A stretch of 63,835 bases of DNA, the filler included, from Octopus bimaculoides (lineage: Eukaryota), in assembly GCF_001194135.2 (NCBI RefSeq). It is 4 parts of 4 records of this genome, joined end to end, with 100 filler letters (N's around TTAATTAATTAA, not from the genome) between each part and the next. Parts side by side here need not be neighbours in the genome. Positions count along the whole stretch, not along the records: positions 7,814 to 38,477 come from NC_068984.1; positions 38,578 to 61,786 come from NC_068997.1; 2 more parts are not named here. One strand, given 5' to 3'. The position numbers were made by a program, and so were the translations under genes. The first letter of the stretch is position 1; every line of letters begins with the position of its first letter. Below the pieces are notes generated by a model. It was given only the letters and a program-made list of their open reading frames with translations, searched no databases and was not told the DNA's origin. This document shows, one piece after another, positions 26,516 through 39,628 of this stretch.

Positions 26516-27084
26516 TAATACACTGTCTACCACAGTGATTATACTTCAGCTGAAACATTTTCCCTTATTCGTTATTCTTCTTTAGTCTTTAGTCGGTGAA
26601 ACAATTAACAAAAGCTAACAAATTACAAAATATCCTTGAAAGGTTTTAAACGAAGCAACTTTGCTTGCATATATTTCTCAAATCAACAACGCCTTGTCTG
26701 AATGTGTTGTAAACATTATCTTCATTTATTTTACTATCAGGTGGTGCTATCAGATTAAGCAGAGCAAACACAATTGGTGGACGACATTCTAAATGAATAA
26801 AAGTATTAAAAACTAACACAGCCACGCATTCATGCATGCACATACTAACACTCGTCTAACTAACTCTACACACAATCACACAAGCACATACAAGGATGCA
26901 GACAAGGCATGTATTCAGCATATATGTGAATGTATAAACTCTCTTCGTGCTTGAAACAGTTCAGGATAGATACAGTCACCATAGAAGAAGAGGCAGTCAA
27001 TAATAACAAGCGTATAATTTAACAATACACAACAAATTTTATACTCTGGTTCACTGAAATGTTGTTTACTAATTTTCTTTTCTA

Positions 27085-27455
27085 CTCTAGGCACAAATCT
27101 CGAAATTTTGTGGGAGGTGGGCAGTCGATTAGATCGATTCCAGTACGCAACTGGTACTTAATTTATTGACCCTGAAAGGATGAAAAGCAAAGTTGACCTC
27201 GGCGGAATTTGAACTCAGAACGTAAAGACAGACGACTTATTCTTTTCTACTCCAGGCACAACCCGAAACTTTGGGGGAGGGGCCAGTCGATTAGATCGAC
27301 CACAGTATGCAACTGGTTCTTAATTTGTAGACTCCGAAAGGATGAAAGGCAAAGTCGACCTCGGCGGTATTTGAACTCAGAACCTAAAGACAGACGAAAT
27401 ACCGCTAAGCATTACGCCCGGCGTGCTAACGTTTCAGCCAGTTCCCCGCCTTATT
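27085..27455 (-). mobile_element. Two tandem SINE family C copies
   Basis: Repeated ...GAAAGGATGAAAGGCAAAGTCGACCTCGGCGG... blocks about 175 bp apart; the left copy is 5'-truncated. Confidence 0.75.
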
Positions 27456-27589
27456 GTTTTCTAATATAACAAGTATATTGTGTCAGAGAGGGAATATGTG
27501 TGTTTGTGTGAGTGGTGTGTGTGTGAGTGGTTGAGCGGTGTGTGTATGTGTGTGTATACATGATTTAACAGCTTATAATTCGCTTTTAT

Positions 27590-28700
27590 TTCCATTTCTT
27601 CTTATATTTAATACTTCAGAAAGAATGAAGGGTACCAGACTAAGCTCTAAACAATTGAAATTTATCCCAAATTTCTACTGGAAATTTGAAAATGCACTCG
27701 AAGTGCAGAAGCAGTTTAAGAAGTTTCAATCATATCCCTCAAGCGACCTGCCATCAAGCGAATTAGAGATAAGTTTGAAGCAGATGGAACAATTCGGAAT
27801 GTCCACCCAGAATATTGTAGAAGAGCGTTGATATCGACGAATCTACAAAGCGAGAAAGTCTATTAAGAATGCATTGTTAGCGTGCAAGAAAATCTGTGAG
27901 ACAAATGAGTTGTGAGATAGGAATCTCCAAGTCAAACGTTCATAACTGTCATTAGAATAGTTATATTCTAAGAATAGTCCATACTATGAATCAAGGTTAA
28001 CCGGACTAGAGAGCGGAGTTTTCCGAATGGTACTTTGCATAACGTGATGATTATGTACTCTCTCGAACTAAAATTGTTTGTAGTAATGAGGCTGTATTTA
28101 AATTAAATAACTCAGTTAACTGTCAGTAGTGTACGTTTGGAGACCTGAAAAATATGCATATTGCGGTAAAGATCTTACGTTAATTTACTTAGTTGTCACC
28201 TTATTGAGTAACCATCTTGTACGGATCAAACGGTTTTCCTGTGTCTATAAAAAACATGAATTGGCATCTTCCCAGTACATAGAACTTGTATCGAATGTTC
28301 TAATGCACCACAGTTCAGATATTCCAATCCGACTCATGATGTTCTTTGTGAATGGTTCTCATAGATTTTATGAGATTATTAACGATTAATATGTTCTGAA
28401 CTTCTTGGATGAACTGCGGTGTTATTATAATGCCCGACTTTCTACAATGCTTACAATTGTTTTTGAAGTTTGTGTACAACGACCTCAAGACAAGGATTAC
28501 AATTGCATCAGAATTTGCGTACAAAAGTTGTTGCAATATTTAGAAAGAGGGCAAGTTTCACATCGTTGTATTCCTCACATATGGAAACAATAACTGCATG
28601 TCTTTTCATTTCTTGTTTTAGCATTTTCTTTGCCATGGCGGACCTGAAAGAAAAAATAACATATGAATTGCTTTGAGGAAATTAATATTCGGTTAATTAA
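27590..28700 (+). mobile_element. Decayed Tc1/mariner-like transposase gene
   Basis: N-terminus FYWKFENALEVQKQFKK, then in another frame RIRDKFEADGTIRNV and GISKSNVH (HTH-like); many stops. Confidence 0.5.
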
Positions 28701-29334
28701 GTATCCTTAAATACCACTAAAAGATCGTAATATATATCAGTAAGATAAATAATACGTATGACACACGCACACACACACACATACGTACATACACACACAC
28801 AACACACACACAACACACACACATATATATATATATATATACACATACGCACACACACGCACACGCTTATACACACACAAGTGCATACACACGCACACAT
28901 ACAAGCTTACACACACACACACACACACGTACACAGACACACGCACACACACAAACAAAGATTCTAGAACAAGTGCGACTGAATGTAACTTTTCAGTTAT
29001 ATATTGTATTCTATATCATTCTATCCATTATAAGATATACAATTTTATCTACGTGTATGCAGACATATACAAACACATCTATGTACAAATATAGAAACAA
29101 AAAAAAAACACTCCAGCAAAACACATATATCAAACGGATATGCAAGATTATAACAGTAATGACTTGTTAAAACGTTTAAACAAATTAAAAGGAATGTTGT
29201 TACTTTTTTTTTTATCGATTTGTCCTTTTAATTTATCCCGGCATTTGATTGATTGTTCTGTCACAGAAGCCACGCTAGAGCGACCAATGTAATTGAACTT
29301 CAAAGATGTCGACAATACAATATTCAAACACTAT

Positions 29335-29461
29335 TGAAGATAATCAATGTTTTCATGTTAGAATGTCAACTACGGTCAGATTAGAATATCATTCCCCTGA
29401 GACCTGTTTTTCGGAAGAAGTTTTGTTATACTTCCACCATTGTTCTTGGATTATTATTGTT

Positions 29462-29494
<33 letters not shown>

Positions 29495-29812
29495 TCGTCA
29501 TCTCGTCATCATCATCATCATTAAGGTGGCCAGCCGCTAGAATTGTTAACACGCCAGGCGAAATATTTAGAGGCATTTCGTTTGTGTTTACACTCTGAGA
29601 TCAAATTCCGCCGAGGTCGACTATGCCTTTCATAATTTCATGGTCGATAAAATAAGGACCAGTTGAGGACTGGGGTCGATGTAATTGACTAGCTTCCCAC
29701 ACTCCTAAAATTCCAGGCCCTCTTCCTTGAAAGGATTACTATTACTAGTATTGCTTCCGTTGATGTTTCTGTTTGGGGTTTCTAAGTCTCTCAACCAGAG
29801 GCCGCAAGTAAC
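29335..29812 (+). repeat. About 480-bp direct duplication, copy 1
   Basis: Collinear with about 31175-31678, including unique flank, (ATC)n, a SINE C copy and downstream flank. Confidence 0.9.
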
Positions 29813-29989
29813 AGCAAGTTACATTTTCGTGTGAATGTTATTTACGATGACCAATGATATATATTTTTGCAAAGGAAGCCAGATTCGGCGAATTAAGATT
29901 TTGTTAAATTTGTAATATTTTTCGATTTCAGAAACGGATATCCTCAGATTGATAATGGTTTTTCTCAGATTGATAGCAGTACCCATCAG

Positions 29990-31296
29990 AACAATTGTTT
30001 TAGTTCTGATATCTAGGGTTTCCTGATATTTATCCATATTGTTTAACAGTGCCATTTGGTATTATCACCAAAGCTCCAATGATTACAAGTAGAGTTGTCG
30101 CTCTTAGATGCCACATTTTTGAGAACTCACATTTAGTTTTGAGAGTTTGTATTTACTTAACTATTCAAATGTTTTTTCATACGTTTCACAGTCTACCTGG
30201 ACTGATTTATCTATGAGCAAACATGGTTTGTCAGTGAGATATCTATTATAATATCGACTCTGTTGATGCTTAAATAACTCGATCAGTTTGAATACTTTTA
30301 ATAGGGTAGTACATTCTATTCATTATAAAAACATTTCCGAACTTTTCTATCAAGCTTACAGACTTTAACACTTGGTCACTAAATTATATTGAAACTGCAA
30401 GTTAGGATGAGTATGGCTAAAGTATTGATTGCTTCTTTCCTGTTTCTTGCATTTAGCTCTGTCTAGAGCAACGATTTCTTTATCTGTAGACCCCTTGGAT
30501 TAATAATTTATTCTTGTGGCCTGATAGAGCCATTCAGTGTTTAAGAACTAGTTTTATAGAAACGTCTTTAAATGTACGTATTTTGTTTCTTCACGTACTA
30601 ACATGTGTAAGTTGAACTATGTAAAACGTTAGAGAAAGAGAACTTGCCGGGCGAAATGCTTAGAAGTATTTCGTCTATCGTTACGTTCTCGACTTTGCCT
30701 TTCAACGTTTTGGGGTCAATTAAATAAGTACCAGTTACGATCTGGGGTCGATGTAATCGACTTAATCCGTTTATCTGTCATTGTTTGTCCCCTCTGTAGA
30801 CAATAAATAAGAAATAAAGAAACAATAAACGTTAACACACCAGGCCAAATGCTTAGCGGTATTTTATCTGCCGCAACGTGCTAAGATCAAATTCCACCGA
30901 GGTCGGCTTTGCCTTTCATCCTTTTGGGACCAATTAAATAAGTACCAGTTACGCACTGGGGTTGATGTAATCGACTTAATCCCTTCCCCAAATTTGAGGT
31001 TTTGTGGCTCCAGTAGAAAGGGTATAACATACGTCATTAATAAGCAGGGATTTTGTCCTGGAGATCCATGACAACAAGAATTTCAATGATCTTTCTTTGC
31101 ATTCTTGCACATACAGGATTGCACTTTCCTCTTGGTCGCTAAAGCAAGCCTCAATTCCAATATCATCCACGAAGATGATCAATGTTTTCATGTTAGAATG
31201 TCAACTACGGTCAGATTAGAATATCATTCCCCTGAGACCTGTTTGTCGGAAGAAGCTTTGTTATAGTTCCACCATTGTTCTTGGATTATTATTGTT

Positions 31297-31371
<75 letters not shown>

Positions 31372-32230
31372 TCGTCATCATCATCATTAAGGTGGCCAGC
31401 CGCTAGAATTGTTAACACGCCAGGCGAAATATTTAGCGGCATTTCGTTTGTGTTTACACTCTGAGAACAAATTCCGCCGAAGTCGACTATGCCTTTCATA
31501 ATTTCATGGTCGATAAAATAAGGACCAGTTGAGGACTGGGGTCGATGTAATCGACTAGCTTCCCACTCCTAAAATTTCAGACCCTCTTCCTGAAAGGATT
31601 ACTATTATTAATATTGCTTCCGTTGATGTTTCTATTTGGGATTTCTAAGTCTCCCAGCCAGAGGCCTCAAGTAGCGTTCTTTACTTCTAATAACCTCGGT
31701 TTTTTGCATTGAATATGGCCACGTAATTCCATCTTTTTCTTGCTACTTGCTTGCTCCCTTGTTCGTCCTTCTGTTCTTGAATTCTCCCATTACCTCACAA
31801 CCTTTCTGGAAATTTCTAGTCGCCGATACTATTCTTTCTGTGCTACGTCCAAGTTTTACAAACTCAGTAAAGCAGAAGTAATGGTGTCTTACATAATGGT
31901 GTTCTACATTTAGAAATCTTTTATCTCCATCCTTTCTTGGTAAATATAAATCTGCACGTGTTCAGTTTGAGCAGCTTCCTAGTTCTCGTATCTAAGTTCT
32001 CTAATTCTCTCGTTGTCAATTTTAGAAAAGGAGCAAAGTTTCTTAATACTAGAATCACTCGTGTATTTATTAGTTTGAGAATATTTGGTTAATTTAATTT
32101 TGATTCGAGCACCGTCTTAATTCCTCTCTTTTATCCTTTGGAATTTATTTTTCTCTCGTTTCTCCTTCCATTATCCTATCATCCTTCCTGCATCACCCCC
32201 AGGTACTTGTGTCCTTCATTATTTCTCAGC
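29990..32230 (-). mobile_element. Old R4/Dong-like LINE, fragmented by SINEs and a duplication
   Basis: Minus strand: KYLG...LDTRTRKLL...LYLPRK.G near 32230-31930; CLLID...LSKYK...KMWHLRATTLLVIIGAL near 30230-30060. Confidence 0.55.
31175..31678 (+). repeat. About 480-bp direct duplication, copy 2
   Basis: Partner of 29335-29812; differs in (ATC)n length and scattered substitutions. Confidence 0.9.
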
Positions 32231-32482
32231 GATGTAATGATATCAGTTTGTGGTAATATTATACTATCAGAATTTATCTTTCGGCCTCTCTTCATAATTA
32301 ACATTACAGACTTAATTACGCTAAACTTCATTACAATAACCTTCCTAAATTATCTTACTCTTTGGATTAATGAATAATAGTCTTTTTTCACATTTTGTAT
32401 ACAGTTTGACATCATCCTTACATAGTAGGTGATTTATTTTAACCTTAGTGTCGACAAATAATTATCATCATCATCATCATCC

Positions 32483-32517
<35 letters not shown>

Positions 32518-32519
32518 GT

Positions 32520-33551
32520 TCAGTAGTTTTATTTTTATAACGTGCTTTCACTTCACTACCGAGCGCAGCTCTGTGCGCCTTGGGTATGTGCTGTGGTTTG
32601 CTGTGGTGCTTTTATGTTTACTGTATTGAAAGTGTTTTGCGTAGAATGTGTGCAGTACCCAGTAGTGCAATTTTCTGTATGTTACATATATTTGTAAGTC
32701 CTGGTATTTTTGTTATGTATTTGTCTGAGTATTTTTTAATTATACCTAAGGCACCTACTATGATNNNNNNNNNNNNNNNNNNNNNNNNNNNNNNNNNNNN
32801 NNNNNNNNNNNNNNNNNNNNNNNNNNNNNNNNNNNNNNNNNNNNNNNNNNNNNNNNNNNNNNNNNNNNNNNNNNNNNNNNNNNNNNNNNNNNNNNNNNNN
32901 NNNNNNNNNNNNNNNNNNNNNNNNNNNNNNNNNNNNNNNNNNNNNNNNNNNNNNNNNNNNNNNNNNNNNNNNNNNNNNNNNNNNNNNNNNNNNNNNNNNN
33001 NNNNNNNNNNNNNNNNNNNNNNNNNNNNNNNNNNNNNNNNNNNNNNNNNNNNNNNNNNNNNNNNNNNNNNNNNNNNNNNNNNNNNNNNNNNNNNNNNNNN
33101 NNNNNNNNNNNNNNNNNNNNNNNNNNNNNNNNNNNNNNNNNNNNNNNNNNNNNNNNNNNNNNNNNNNNNNNNNNNNNNNNNNNNNNNNNNNNNNNNNNNA
33201 TGTATTTGTCTGAATATTTTTTTTATTATACCTAAGGCACCTACTATGATAGGAATTGTTTCTGTTTTTAGATTCCACATTCGAGTTATCTCTATTTCCA
33301 GGTCTTTGTATTTTGAAAGTTTTTCCATTTCTTTTAGAGAAACGTTGTCATCTGCTGGTATTGATACATCAATTAGAAAGCATTTTTTTTCTTCATGATC
33401 TTTGACAACTATATCTGGTCTATTTGCCTTAATTTCTCTATCTGTGTGTATTGGCATATCCCAGAGTATGGTTGCTTTCTCGTTTTCTGTGACCTTTTCT
33501 GGCGTGTGTTTATACCATCTTTTTTCTGTTGTTATTCCATAGTGTTGGCAT
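32520..33551 (-). mobile_element. Young R4/Dong-like LINE 3' end (REL domain and 3' UTR) between (TAA)n tracts
   Basis: ILWDMPIHTDREIKANRPDIVVKDHEEKKCFLIDVSIP...KYKDLEIEITRMW...IIVGALG...LLGTAHILRKTLSIQ; (ATT)n at about 32486-32517 and 33551-33569. Confidence 0.9.
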
Positions 33552-33569
33552 TATTATTATTATTATTAT

Positions 33570-34700
33570 AGACATCACACAATATACAATATCGTGAGGT
33601 TGTTGATTGAAGAAATTGTATCTAGTGGGGCTTTGTACCGTTTCTCAAAGTCACAACAAGGACCTCAAACACAGTACTTTACGCAATAATCGTACAGTTC
33701 CAAGTAATGCCGACAATTGCTATACACCGAGATTGTTGGGTATTTCTAAAGTTTTCGGATGTTTTTTTCAGGTTGGGTGGTATTGAAGCCAATGCTCCGA
33801 TGACAGTAGGGATAGCCATTATGTTTGACTCACGTCGCTGCCACATCTTAGCGATCTCAATTCTTAGGTCTCCATATTTATCAACCTTTTCGTTTTCTTT
33901 CATGATGACATGCTGATCTCCTGTCACTGCCACGTCAATTATTAGGCACTCTCGTTTATCCCTCGTAAATGTTATTGTGTCCGGCCATTGGTGTTCTAAT
34001 ACCTGGTCTGTTTGGAAGTCGAAGTCCCAGAGGATTTTTGCCTTCCCCTTTTCGCCATTACTTTTCCCTGTATATGTTGGTACCAAGAACCCGTAACCTC
34101 ATATCGATACTTACGGCATAGTAGCCAGCGGAGGTTTGGGGCTACCTTGTCATGTCTACGCTTGTACACTTTCTGCACAAGACTTTCACAAGCATTAACA
34201 ATGTGAGTCACACTTTCGACCCTTTCCCCCACACATTCTGCAGAGGTTCGTTGCACTCGTATGGTATATCTACTTTATCACTGAGTTGGTATTCAATGTC
34301 TGGTCCTGGGTAGCGATGATTAGGCTTTCAGTATTCTATTTAGGTCACACATGTTAAACCACCTCCACGATGATTCCTGGTCTTTTAATTTGTTGGTTTC
34401 CATGCGGAGTAGTGTTTCTTCTCTCTCGTTGACTTTTCTTGATCGGAATTCAGGAGCACTCTTAAGTCCATTTTTGTTAAATCCTTCTGCCTTAGCAGCA
34501 TTCTGTAGCAGGTCTTGTTTGCTGCTTATCTAATATTCTGCCATGTTTCTTCTTTCACTGTTGATGCACTCCCGTACGCTAATCTGCTAACGTCCACTTT
34601 TACCCCTCTTCGTGTAGCGCCTGTATACATTCGCTTTAGGGTGGAGGGCACCACACGTTGTTGTTTTTTGGGGTAGTGCGATCGAGTTGGCTAATCTCCG
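33570..34700 (-). mobile_element. Second, divergent R4/Dong-like LINE 3' portion
   Basis: RRHDKVA...KILWDFDFQTDQVLEHQWPD...CLIIDVAV...KYGDLRIEIAKMW...VIGALAS. Confidence 0.8.
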
Positions 34701-34739
34701 CTTGTGATGATAACTCACAGCTTATTTTGCTGGGTATGA

Positions 34740-35423
34740 TGGAACGTGTCAGCTGTTCACAGCCAGCAGATTAAGGTGACACTTGGTCATGCTTCAAGAA
34801 TCCTGCGAAGAATTATTGCATTTCCAAGCAATGCTGATTTTTGTAGGTGTTCTACCTTCGCACTTGCACCAATCTTTTTCGGTCATGTTGGTAGTTGAGT
34901 GCTGATACTTCCAAGTGCACCAATTACTATTGATATCACGTCTACTCTCCGCAATGATCACAACCTTCGTATTTCACCCTTCAAATCGTAATAGCTGTTT
35001 ATTTTATCCTGTTCTTTCACATTGATCCAGTTGTCATCGGGACATGCTTTGTCGATTATCAAGCATGTTCTTCCTTTTTTCATTATCTTTTTCTTTTTTA
35101 GTGTTCATTTCTTCTTGAATTTTTTCCTTCACTACACAATTTTCAGATTTGATGACGCCGGCCTTCGTATGTTTCAACAATAGCTCCTCAGCATTTTTTA
35201 TATATCACCCTAAGCTGTTTCCCTCTACTTCGATAGAGTCTTGGCAATTGATCAAACTTCTTCCACCCTTTCTTCTCGACAAGTGCAACATATCGGCATC
35301 ACACTTTGAGTGAAAGGCTGCTTGTACTGTCAACATTTTTCTGGTCTTAGTATCCATTTTCATCACCTCTCTTTTGCCATTGTATAATTCCCGCTCCATA
35401 CCGAGGTGAGGCTACCGTCCACT
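34740..35423 (-). mobile_element. Third R4/Dong-like fragment with internal deletion
   Basis: MDTKTRKML...LHLSRRKGGRSLINC at 35205-35399; a REL C-terminus ending SALLGNAIILRRILEA near 34790-35060. Confidence 0.65.
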
Positions 35424-35456
35424 TATTATTATTATTATTATTATCATTCTTCTTCT

Positions 35457-35518
<62 letters not shown>

Positions 35519-35540
35519 TTATTATTATTATTACTATTAC

Positions 35541-35604
<64 letters not shown>

Positions 35605-35607
35605 TTT

Positions 35608-35681
35608 CAGGACACTGCCTGGAATCGAACTCGGAATCTTGGGGTTAGTAGCCCGCGCTCTTAACCATTACGCCATATGCA
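35608..35681 (-). mobile_element. Short tRNA-derived SINE head followed by a (TAA)n/(GAA)n tract
   Basis: Minus strand A-box TGGCGTAATGG and B-box GAGTTCGATTCC; the microsatellite at 35424-35602 lies downstream. Confidence 0.7.
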
Positions 35682-35702
35682 CGTGGTTCGAAATTTCCCC
35701 AA

Positions 35703-35755
35703 GACACCTGATGAAGTCTGGGGGGGGGACGGTATATCAGCTGAAACGTTGTGTT
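35703..35755 (+). ncRNA. Minimal type I hammerhead-like motif (dimer-dependent)
   Basis: GACAC-CTGATGA-A-GTCTG...CAGCT-GAAA-CG-TT-GTGTT: stem I GACAC/GTGTT, palindromic AACGTT, GUU triplet; stem II partly decayed. Confidence 0.5.
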
Positions 35756-37558
35756 AACAACAAACAAGATAAGGACAAATATACGTCGAATGTAAATAAT
35801 GTAAATGATGAGAGTGGAGTTGCTTATTCTATTCTATTTGGACATTTATGAAACTAAGTGCATAATGATTGTGGAAGTGATGGCAGAGCTTCTGCAGATA
35901 TTAAAATCCTGCTGTGTTTTAGCTTCATTACTTCCTGGTCTCTGCATTGTCGTTGTTGGTGGTGTTCATGATGGTAACAACGGTGACAGCGTTGGTAGCT
36001 GCTTGCGTTAAGGAAAGTTAAAAAGATATAGAGGGTGAAATCAGCTTTTTGAGGTCAGTGGTATGAATTTATATAAATAACAGAAGTAGTGAAAAGAAAA
36101 GAAAAAAACTAGTAGAAATGTTCTTGAAAATTCTTTTACCACACCTATTGAATGAATCTGCCGTTAGCATCAATGGCTGCTTCAATACTGAGTGTGAAAG
36201 GTTGACATGTCCGACTCAGATGCTCTTTAAAAATTACTCTGAAAGTAAGATAAAAAAAAATGAGAAGTTAGAAGTAAACTGGAACTCTTGAAAGATGTAT
36301 CCTCAAAAAACCGAAGCATCCTGTATAAACATAGTCTGGAATCTCATCCCCAAAATATGTTATGTTGCCTAATGAAACATATTTGTTGGGGGATTGTAGG
36401 GAAGAGCGTAGAGCAAAGGATAAGCTGTTTTGCAGTTAAATCCTGCGACTCGGTTTCGATTCGTGTTATCTAATCTTGACTTCCATGTCTCTGATGTTTA
36501 CGTAAAGACTTGAGCATAACATAATGGCTTAAAAGTTTGGAGGGCAGTGGGTATGGGTAATTCATTTCATCGACTCCAATGGTACTTATTTTATCGAAAT
36601 AAGTACTAACTGGTACTTATTTTATCGAGACAGTAAGAATGAAATTCAAAGTTGTCCTCTGTAATATTTGAACTCAGAACAACGCTATGCATTTTTGCCG
36701 GATGTGGTAACGATTTAGCTAGCTCGCTGCTTTAGAATTGAGTATAATATAATGAAAAGTAGGTCGTGAAAAATATTGTATCGTAGTGTCAAATCATATA
36801 AAATAATATAAAGAGAATATTTATTATGCAGAGTTGGTAAAACAGGGAGATTGTGAATGTCCCACAGAGAAGTATATTGTTAATATTTCAGTTGTTAAGA
36901 AGTTCACCTAAATAAGCTCAATAGGAAAGAAAAACAGACAAGTTAATGTATAAAAAAATGAGATCCGTTTGAAATACATGTTTCACTTCGAGAACAAACG
37001 TTAAATTTTTTAGAAACGGAATGAAAACCTAGTCGTGCAATCCTTACAACACTATTGCTATAGCTCACGGTGCGATAAGAAATAAAATTGAAAACAACAA
37101 ATCTACTAGATAACAAAAACTAAAACATCCCATTAGAGAAACAAACAATGCAACCACAAAAATTGGACAGAAATAAAAACGAAAACAAACAGAACAAAAC
37201 AGCAAAAACAAACAGCAAACAAAACGCAAACATGAGCCAGCGACAAAATGAAATCTTATAATGTTTTCTCTCTGAAGCCTGTGCAGCGTTAATGCATTTA
37301 CATAAATTCTTAAATTCTTCAGCTGAATGTTGTAATAACGACCCTATTAAAAAAGCCACTGTTCACCATTGATGCACTCATTATCAATAACGGTTCGAAA
37401 CATTAATATTGCACGCCAGTTATTTCTCATTCATTGATCGCATTTCAGTTCATTTTATTAATTATCTATTAGTTCAGATCAAAATATAACAATGAAAGCA
37501 ATAGCCATTATTTTGCACCAAATATTTCTTTTCACTTCCCTCCATTTTTGTTGTCGTT

Positions 37559-37639
<81 letters not shown>

Positions 37640-38199
37640 TATAAATCTTTGGTGTCCATTCCATTACAAACAATTTTATTTTCACCTGCTTTCCAACCAT
37701 TTTTATTTCTTTATTCATACATATACATATATATTTATCTATTTATTGCTCTTTGTAGCAACGATTTTCTTTCTTGTTCTATGACTATTGTTTAGGAAAG
37801 AGCTGTGCGCTACACAAAGAGCGACCGGTTTCAGCTGCCCTCATCTATATCTAATAGAAACACACTTCTATATTCAACGTTCTTTTTCTCAAAAGAAACT
37901 ACAGTGCTAGTCATACATTTATTAAATATCTACAATGGTCAAAATATTTCAGTTTGATTTTTGTTACAATTTTTTCCCTCTGTTCACCTCTATTGTTATA
38001 TCAAACTTATACTAACTTTGGCTTCACTTTTACCTTTTCATGCAGTGTCGGTTGAATTACAACCGCCTCCTGAGGAGAATTTGTATTGATGCATCAGTCA
38101 TATTTTCTTTCTCGGCCAAATATGATAGATAACATCATACAGTAACTATGCCTTCTGCCTGCTATTTAATTACAACGCTACAAACGTCATTGAACACTA

Positions 38200-38407
38200 C
38201 TCTTTTACTTTTTACTTGTTTCAGTCATTTGACTGCGGCCATGCTGGAGCATCGCATTTTAGTCGAGCAAATCGACCCCCAGGACTAATTCTTTGTAAGC
38301 CTAGTGCTTATGCTATCGTTCTGTTTTTGCCGGACCGCTAAATTACGGGGACGTAAACACACCAGCATCGGTTGTCAAGCGATGTTGGGGAGACAAACAC
38401 AGACACA

Positions 38408-38455
<48 letters not shown>

Positions 38456-38477
38456 CATATATATACACATATATACG
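38200..38477 (-). mobile_element. SINE family A, 3' half running into a gap
   Basis: Similar to 3803-4090. Confidence 0.8.
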
Positions 38478-38577
38478 NNNNNNNNNNNNNNNNNNNNNNN
38501 NNNNNNNNNNNNNNNNNNNNNTTAATTAATTAANNNNNNNNNNNNNNNNNNNNNNNNNNNNNNNNNNNNNNNNNNNN
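38478..38577. other. 100-bp scaffold join with TTAATTAATTAA spacer (also 7714-7813 and 61787-61886)
   Basis: Identical 44N + 12 nt + 44N layout at three sites. Confidence 0.9.
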
Positions 38578-39628
38578 ATCATTTAGAAGGCTGTGGTTTA
38601 AAAAGAAAAACAAGGAAAATCCTCATAAAAATTTTCCCCACAAATTTCTTTAAAATCGTAATCTATGCCATTTGAAAGGAATTTGTATAAATTACACATC
38701 CAGCAAAGCATACTATTTTCTTAAAATGACAAAAATATCTTGATTTGTTAAAATTATCATGTTTCTCTCTTGTCACTTTTTTCATAGCTAATATTTTTTG
38801 GCAAGGTTTTCACCATAAAATTCTTCTCATAGAGCTCTTTTATTTGAATACAACTATTGTATAGTTTCCTTTTATAAAAGCTGAGATATTTTGATTCAAA
38901 GTCAATTTTGGGGGTTACTTACCATATTTTTTATCACTTAAAAGCACACTACTTTTTTTTGTAGCTAATACTTTTTAACGAGGTTTTCACCAAAAGTTTC
39001 TTCCCAATGAGCACATTCTTTTAAACCCAATTAATCTATACTTTACTTTTAAAATAACTGAAATATTTTGATTCAAAGTAAATTTTTCACCTAACTCTCC
39101 CGTTTTTGACCTCACATATTTTGACTTAACTTTTTTTCTAATGAACCAAATTTCAATTATTTTATGTCAAAATGTAACTTAGAATTGGACCATCATTGCT
39201 AAAATAAAAACCACATTCAATTTGGTTGAGAGCTGAATCAGTGATAAAGCCTAAAATTGCTTGTAAGTGACCTTAAGAATATATTCCCCCACTACTGTGG
39301 ATAAATGATTTCTATTTAAAACACCTTTTTTAACAAATATTTAAATTAGTGTTTTAACATATTTAATGTAGTATCAAAAAGTTAGCAAAATATAATTACA
39401 TAGCAAGTAAAAAAGAAAGCATTGGCTCAATGAGTAATATTATTTTAGTCATTTTACTTCTTTTCCTATTTTATTAGTATTGACATGATGGCGGTATGTC
39501 ATAAAAAAAGAGTTCAGGAATGACTTTATAGGTTCTAGTTGCAACGCTTAATGCAGGTAACGGAATCAGTTCTGAGTGAGGATAGAGACAGGAATGTTAA
39601 AGTTTTAGAAAAAATAAAAGCATGTTAC

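Noticed and set aside
30976-31191. ORF with a sulfatase-like IIFVDDIG and a GTATGT donor
   Set aside because: Better explained as the post-RT segment of the decayed Dong-like LINE (GIE.C...E....LYVQE.KE).
32718-33250. About 45 bp repeated on both sides of the 32765-33199 gap
   Set aside because: Typical overlapping contig ends; the REL reading frame is continuous if the gap is collapsed.
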